Shown in pieces: positions 57,439 to 64,000 of a DNA stretch of 64,000 bases. Numbering within the stretch: position 1 is the stretch's first letter; every line of letters starts with the position of its first letter. Origin of the DNA: Anolis carolinensis (lineage: Eukaryota); the NCBI RefSeq assembly GCF_035594765.1, contig NC_085844.1:256118812-256182811 (forward strand), written 5' to 3'. The position numbers and the translations under genes were made by a program. The notes beneath the pieces are model-generated. The model did not search any database. It worked only from the letters and a program-made list of their open reading frames with translations, and was not told the DNA's origin.

Positions 57439-59205
57439 TAATCCTTTTTTCTTTCGTCTTCCACTTAAGCAGCTGAGGGGGGAAAGGAAGGGGCCCGTGG
57501 CTGTTAGAAGTGGTGGGAGTTGTAATCCCAAACACATGGAGGGACGGCCCAAGTTGGGCCAGGCCTGCTCTATAACATAAAGAAGCGCAACAGGCCTGGG
57601 CTAACTTGGGCCTTCCCTCCAGGTGTTTTGGACTTCAACTGCCACTATTCCTAACAGCCTCAGGCCCCTTCCTATCCCTTTACCATTTCTTTTTCTGCTT
57701 AAGCGAGTGAAGCTTTGTGAGTGAACAAAAGACTCTCACGCTTGGAGTAGGGGGACTCAAGGTCAAGGTAGGCACTGAGGAGTGGGAAGGACGGGGCGGG
57801 AGGAGGAAGAGGAGGCCAGAGGAGGAGAGCAATGGGCTGCCGGCGTTGTTCCTCCTCTTCTTCTTCGGACAAAAATCTGTTCCCCTTGCACTGTGGGTTA
57901 AAACTGAGATTGACATGCATCCTCAGGGATTCAAAGGCTAGAAAGGGCTTGGCGATATGCGCATGCTCAGCGTAGGGCAAGCAAAGTGGGCGGGGGGGGG
58001 GGGCGGTTCCAGGAGACTCCAGTATTTTTATTTATATACTAGTTGTACCCGGCCACGTGTTGCTGTGGCCTAGTCAGGTTCAATGGGAAAGAAAGGATAG
58101 TGAAAGAGCAGGTTTCAGATTTCACAATGGTTGTGGGTAGGCAATATTTGTGGTTATTTTGTTGTCTGTGCAGATAGAGAGATTGTGTGGTTTGGTGACT
58201 CTGAAACACGCAACATATTACTGTCCATGGGAGAAGCAATCCATTCCTAGATGTAAACCTCAGAATTCTAAAGATTGACACCGAGTGTAAATATAATATG
58301 CGGGGAATGACAGGGGGCATGGCTTCCTCATTGTCCTGGTCCCCGTGTTATTTTCCTGCCGGGAGAGGCCATAGGCCCCTTACAGGCAGTGACCCAGTGC
58401 CCCCTCCTCCCTATTATTGCTGCTGTAGTTTTTGTTAGTGGGGAGGTGGGGCCCCAAAGACACCCCCTCCCTAAACGTAAGGAAGGTCCTCCTAAATGTC
58501 TCTCTTCCCTTCCCTTCCCTCTCAGTCACTCATCCTCAAGCCTTAGGCCTCCCTGGAGACCTCTTCCGCCTCAGCAGTTTCCTTGGAGTCTATGCCCCCC
58601 CCCGCCCCGAAGCGGAAGGAGGCTCTTCCTAAATGCTTCCCTTCCTTTCACTGTTAGTCAGTCATCCTCAGGCATCTGGCCTCCCTGCCGGCCTCTCCTG
58701 CCTCCGCTGTTGCCTGGGAGGCGATTCTTGTTATGGCCCATCTCTGAGGCCAAAGGAAAGGCCCTTCTTCCCCTCCGCCATCTTCCTCCCTTCCCTTTCC
58801 CCCACCACTTCTGGTTTTTTCTCAACATTTTAGCTTATCCAACGTTCTGCCGGGCCATTTTTGTTGGATAAACGAGACTCTATTGTATCACTGTATGCGC
58901 TTGAGGCCCCGAAGCCTGCATTTCTTGGTGTTTCCATTTTCAACATGACATATAAAGGGAAAGGGGGAAAATCTTGGAGGTAGAGAAGGTTTCTGGCTTT
59001 CATCCTTGATCTTTTGCTTCTTTCTTGACCAGGGAAAACGAGGATTTTATGGAGCCACCTCCTGGGTGCAGTAAGGAAACAATATCGGAAGAAATCCTCT
59101 CAAGGTGATGGTCTTGCTCAATTCCTGATCTCAGTAACAGATAAAAAAGGAAAAAAGAAGAATTGACTATCTGCATTGCAATTAAACACCCATATCACTC
59201 TTGAC

Positions 59206-61188
59206 ATGACGGAAAAAGCATCTAAATGCCTTGAGTATGGAAAAAGTTTTACTCAGAGGGATCATCTGCAGCAACATGAAAGGATTCACACTGGAGAAAA
59301 ACCCTATACATGCCTGGAATGCGGAAAGAGGTTCACTGAGAGTGGAAGCCTACGTTTGCATCAAAGAACACACACTGGAGAGAAACCCTATACATGCCTG
59401 GAGTGTGGACAGAGCTTCACACATAGTTCAAGTCTATGTAAACATCAACGGATTCACACTGGGGAGAAACCCTATACATGTCAGGTGTGTGGACAGTGTT
59501 TCACTCGGAGGCATCATCTGCAGCAACATGAAAGGACTCACACTGGAGAGAAACCCTACACATGCCTGGAGTGTGGACAGAGCTTTATTCAGAGTTCAGG
59601 TCTACGTTCACATCAACGGACTCACACTGGGGAAAACCCCTATACATGCCTGGAGTGTGGAAAGAGTTTTACTCAGAGGCATCATCTTCAGCGACATGAA
59701 AGAATTCACACTGGGGAAAAACCCTATACTTGCCTGGAGTGTGGACAGAGCTTTAGTCAGAGTTCAAGTCTACGTTCACATCAACGGACTCACACTGGAG
59801 AAAAACCCTATACATGCCTGGAATGTGGACAGAGCTTTATTCAGAGTTCAGGTCTACGTTCCCATCAAAGGACTCACACTGGAGAAAAACCCTATACATG
59901 CCTGGAATGTGGACAGAGCTTTATTCAGAGTTCAGGTCTACGTTCACATCAACGAACTCACACTGGGGAAAAACCCTATACATGCCTGGAGTGTGGAAAG
60001 AGTTTCACCCGGAGGCATAATCTGCAGCAACATGAAAGGACACACACTGGAGAGAAACCCTATACCTGCCTGGAGTGTGGACAGAGTTTCACTTATAGTT
60101 CAGGTCTACATTCGCATCAACGGACGCACATTGGGGAAAAACCCTATACATGCCTGGAATGTGGACTGAGCTTCACTCAGAGCTTTAAACTACGTTCACA
60201 TCAGTGGATCCACATTGGGGAGAAACCCTATAAATGCTTGGAGTGTGGAAAGAGCTTTGCTCTGAATTCAATTCTACATAAACATCAAAGAACTCACACA
60301 GGGGAGAAACCGTATACATGCCTGGAGTGCGGAAAGAGCTTCACTGAGAGTGGAAGCCTACATATGCATCAAAGGACACACACTGGAGAGAAACCCTATA
60401 CATGCCAGGAGTGTGGACAGAGTTTCACTTATAGTTCAGGTCTACGTTCACATCAGCGGACTCACATTGGAGAAAAACCCCATAAATGCCTGGAGTGTGG
60501 ACAGAGCTTCACTCATAGTTCAAGTCTAAGTTCACATCAACGAACTCACACTGGGGAAAAACCCTATACATGCTTGGAGTGTGGACAGAGCTTCTCACAT
60601 AGTTCAGGTCTACGTAAACATCAAAGGGCTCACACTGGGGGAAAATCCTATACATGCCAGGAGTGTGGACAGAGCTACACTCAATGTTCAGATCTACGTT
60701 CGCATCAAAGGACTCACACTGGATATAAACCCTATACATGCCTGGAGTGTGGAAAGAGCTTTAGTGAGAGTAGAAGCCTACGTTCGCATCAAAGGATTCA
60801 CACTGGAGAGAAACCCTATACATGTTTGGAGTGTGGACGGAGCTTCAGTCAGAGTTATAAACTACGTTCACATCAATGGACTCACACTGGGGAGAAACCC
60901 TATAAATGCCTGGAGTGTGGAAAGACCTTTGCTCTGAATTCAATTCTACATAAACATCAAAGGACTCACACGGGGGAGAAACCCTATACATGTTTGGAGT
61001 GTGGAAAGAGCTTCACTGAGAGTGGAAGTCTACGTTCACATCAACGGACTCACACTGGAGAGAAACCCTATACATGTCTGGAGTGTGGACAGAGTTTCAC
61101 TTATAGTTCAGGTTTCCGTTCCCATCAAAGGACTCACACTGGAGATAAACCTTATACATGCCTGGAGTGCGGAAAGAGCTTCACTTAA
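59206..61188 (+). CDS. C2H2 zinc-finger protein, 22 intact fingers + 1 degenerate N-terminal finger (ZNF gene 3; premature stop)
   Basis: First ATG at 59206 (in-frame TGA at 59164). TAA at 61186 falls mid-finger, and decayed fingers continue to about 61444. Confidence 0.82.
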   Translation: MTEKASKCLEYGKSFTQRDHLQQHERIHTGEKPYTCLECGKRFTESGSLRLHQRTHTGEKPYTCLECGQSFTHSSSLCKHQRIHTGEKPYTCQVCGQCFTRRHHLQQHERTHTGEKPYTCLECGQSFIQSSGLRSHQRTHTGENPYTCLECGKSFTQRHHLQRHERIHTGEKPYTCLECGQSFSQSSSLRSHQRTHTGEKPYTCLECGQSFIQSSGLRSHQRTHTGEKPYTCLECGQSFIQSSGLRSHQRTHTGEKPYTCLECGKSFTRRHNLQQHERTHTGEKPYTCLECGQSFTYSSGLHSHQRTHIGEKPYTCLECGLSFTQSFKLRSHQWIHIGEKPYKCLECGKSFALNSILHKHQRTHTGEKPYTCLECGKSFTESGSLHMHQRTHTGEKPYTCQECGQSFTYSSGLRSHQRTHIGEKPHKCLECGQSFTHSSSLSSHQRTHTGEKPYTCLECGQSFSHSSGLRKHQRAHTGGKSYTCQECGQSYTQCSDLRSHQRTHTGYKPYTCLECGKSFSESRSLRSHQRIHTGEKPYTCLECGRSFSQSYKLRSHQWTHTGEKPYKCLECGKTFALNSILHKHQRTHTGEKPYTCLECGKSFTESGSLRSHQRTHTGEKPYTCLECGQSFTYSSGFRSHQRTHTGDKPYTCLECGKSFT

Positions 61189-61679
61189 AGTAGAAAGCTA
61201 TTTTCGCATCAAAGCACTCACACTGGAGAGTAACCTTATACATGCCTGGATTGTGGAGAGAACTTCTCTAGTAATAGATTTCTATGCTCACATCGAAGAA
61301 CTCATACTGGAGAGAAACCCTTTATATGCCTGGAGTGCAGAAAGAGTTTCACTTGGAGAGATCATCTGCAGCAACATGAATGGACTCACACTGGGGAAAA
61401 AACCTATACATGCCTGGAGTGCGGAAAGATCTTCACTGAGAGTGATGGCACCCAACTCCAAAACTCCGGATGACCTAAGCCAGCGGTTTCATGTAGATAT
61501 TAAAGAGCATGGGAGAAAGAATGGAACCTTGTCGTTAACTTCCCAAATTTCCTTCATTTTTAAAAATATTTTATCTCTCGTTTTTTAATTTTCTAGGATC
61601 CTGTTCTCTTTTTTAACATCTTGCTGCTTTTATAATTTTTAAAGTTTTTATATCCATGCTAATTCGTAATCTGAACTGT

Positions 61680-62040
61680 TTATGACTCCTTGAAGATAGA
61701 TGGAGACCACATTTGCCCTCCTCCAATTTGCTGGGACTTGACCTGTTCTCCAAGAACTCTCAAAGATGATGGCCAGTGGTTCCGAAATGATTTCCGCTAG
61801 TTCCTTCAATACTCTTGGAAGTAGTTCATCTGGCCCTTGAATTTGTTTAGAGCAGCCTGGTATTCCTGGACAACTTGTTTCCCTATTTGGGGTTGGATTT
61901 CCCCTAATCCTTCATGCACTCAATGTTGCTGAGGTTGAGGACGGCTTTCTTTTTGTGAGAAGAGAGAGGCAAAGAAGGCATTAAGTAGTTCTGACTTTTC
62001 CCTATCCGCTGTCAGCATTTCCCCATCTTCTCCTCGCAGA
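61680..62040 (-). mobile_element. CR1 ORF2 internal fragment
   Basis: The reverse complement encodes RVLKELAEIISEPLAIIFESSWRTGQVPANWRRANVV. Confidence 0.7.
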
Positions 62041-62049
62041 GGCCTGATT

Positions 62050-62800
62050 GCAATCTTAGAGCTTGCTTAGGTTCATAAGGAAAGATGCGATCGCGAAGAT
62101 AGGCTGGACCCAACCCATTTAGGGCTTTGTAGGTAATAACCTGCACTTGAATTGGGAGTGAAAACTTATTGGCAGCCAGTGGAGCTGTCTTAAGAGGGGG
62201 TGTTGTCCGCTCCCTATAACTCATGCCAGTTAGCATCCTGGCCAGTGACCTGTGTACCAAGTGCAATTTCTGGGCCGTCTTCAAAGGCAACCCCACATAG
62301 AGTGTGTTGCAGTAATCCAGTCTGGAGGTAATTAAGGCATGGACCACCATAGCTAAGTAAAACTTCTCAAGGTACGGTCGCAGCTGGCGTAAGAGCTTTA
62401 ACTGTGCAAAGGCCCTCCCAGCCACCACCAGCACTTGAACATCAACTGTCAGTGCTGAATCCGGAAGGACCCCCAGACTGTCCTCGGGGAATGTAACCCC
62501 ATCGAGCACAGGTTGCCACCCTATGCCCCGATCAGCTGCATGACTGACCAGGAGGACTTCTGTCTTGCCGGGATAGAGCTTCAGCTTGTTAGCCCTCACC
62601 CAGCCCATCACAGCAGCCAAGCACTGGTCCAGGATCCTTGGGGCTTCCTTGGAATTTGGTGGAAAAGAGTAGTAGAGTTGAGTGTCATCTGCGTAGAGGT
62701 GGCACCGAACTCCAAAACTCCGGATGACCTCGCCCAGTAGTTTTATGTCGACGTTAAAAAGCATGGGGAAAGAATGGAACTTTGTGGGACCCCACAGGTC
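62050..62800 (-). mobile_element. L2 ORF2 remnant
   Basis: HLYADDTQLY, RANKLKL, TSRLDYCNTLYVGLP, ITYKALNGLGPAYL. Confidence 0.85.
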
Positions 62801-64000
62801 AATGGCCAGGGATCTGAGCAGGTATCCTCCAGCTTCACCGACTTTCATTAATTTTCATATAAATTGTTTTCTTGGGAGAAGGAGAGGAAGAAAAAGGAAG
62901 AAGAGAAGGAGGGACAGAGGAAGGAGGAGAAAGAGGAAGGAGGAGGAAGAATAGGAGGAGGAAAATGAGCGGAAGAAAGGGAGCAGAGGGGCATCTGTCT
63001 GTCCAAGGTGTGCCTTGGGGTCGGCCGAGGTGGCGACCCCACAGAGGCCTGCCTGAAGCTAGAGCCCAAAGGGCCCCTGAAGGGACCCAGGAATGCACAG
63101 GTTGGGCAGGAGGGTTCAAAGGCCTCCACCTTTTCCCATGGAAAGCCCTTTTCTTTCCTTCCTTCCTTCCCTCCCTCTCCGGCCATGTTCCCTCCTCTCT
63201 TTCCTCTTCGGCTGGGCCGGGACCACGGTGGCGGTGAGGGCCAGGCGCTTCCTTGAGGGAGGGCAAGCTCATGTCTCGCCTCTGGCGGATGCGCTGAGGG
63301 AGAAGCGTCGGGCTCCCCCTCCTCGTCAGCCTCGACAGCGCCTCCTTCTCCTGGCTCAGGTGAGCAGCCGGACGGACGACAAGGAGGAGACTGGCGAGGA
63401 GGGGGGGGAACCTTGCACTTTCCCCTCCACGCATCCGCCAGTGGTGAAGCATGAGGACCTCTTTGCCCTCCCTCAAGGGAGGCGCCCGCTTTCATTCCAT
63501 CACAAGGACTGCCAACGGTGACGGCTGCTCCTCAGCAACACCTGCCTCCCTCCTTCCCTCCCTCACCCAAGTATAAGCCAAGGGGGGCTTTTTCAGCATG
63601 AAAAACGTGTTGAAAAAGCCGGCGTATACTTGAGTATGTATGGGGTGTGTTTGTAGTTCTCCCGTTGCCATTAGAAGCCTTCCTTCTATATCTGTCTTAA
63701 CCATTTGAGGGTGCCAGAGTTTGGGGAGATAGAATACCAGGTCATTTCTTGTGGAAGTTCCCTCTGAAGCCAATTCTTCTCGCGCTTGTTTTCGTTTTCA
63801 GCCTTAAAGAATCAAGGAATAACATTTCAGGCCACCTGGAGACCCCTTAAAGGCTTCTTCCCAAAGGCATCCAGGGAAGAGCTTTTCTCTCTGTGGCCTC
63901 CATTCTTATGATTTCCTTGAGCCTAGCTAGTTCTTCTCTGTTGCTGAAAATCTTCCCCTGGATGGAGAAAAAGAAGAAAAGGGGGGAGTGGGCAAAGGTG

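Noticed and set aside
62870-63640. Fourth ZNF promoter
   Set aside because: GC-rich but lacks the CCAAT/YY1/CRE layout of the other islands and abuts a MITE-like terminus (about 63565-63640).

Overview
Eukaryotic, repeat-rich vertebrate DNA. Sauria SINEs and the L2/CR1/R4/Penelope/hAT/Helitron families point to a squamate, most likely an Anolis lizard (inference). The window is part of a tandem C2H2 zinc-finger gene cluster with three + strand genes. Each has a CpG-island promoter (about 7.1-7.85, 28.0-28.7 and 52.0-52.7 kb), a TE-filled intron and one long ZF-array exon (12.7-14.9, 37.5-39.9 and 59.2-61.2 kb; 25, 27+1 and 22+1 fingers). The 3' intron end of a fourth, minus-strand paralogue sits at the left edge. 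In all three arrays the linker upstream of the fingers carries in-frame stops and no KRAB/SCAN exon was recognised, so these look like finger-only genes. Two young elements stand out: an L2 LINE with an intact EN-RT ORF (67-4204) and an intact Ty3/gypsy element with apparently identical 303-bp LTRs (19148-24464, minus). The gypsy element shows a Tf1-type self-priming PBS and a precisely placed GT-AG intron that would remove all of pol to give a gag-only mRNA. Other observations: TSD-flanked palindromic Penelope-derived elements with hammerhead-ribozyme cores, a U2 snRNA chimeric retrocopy, near-identical promoters in otherwise diverged paralogues, and many nested hAT, mariner and Helitron insertions. 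One N gap (8092-8320). All calls are by eye; no database searches were run.
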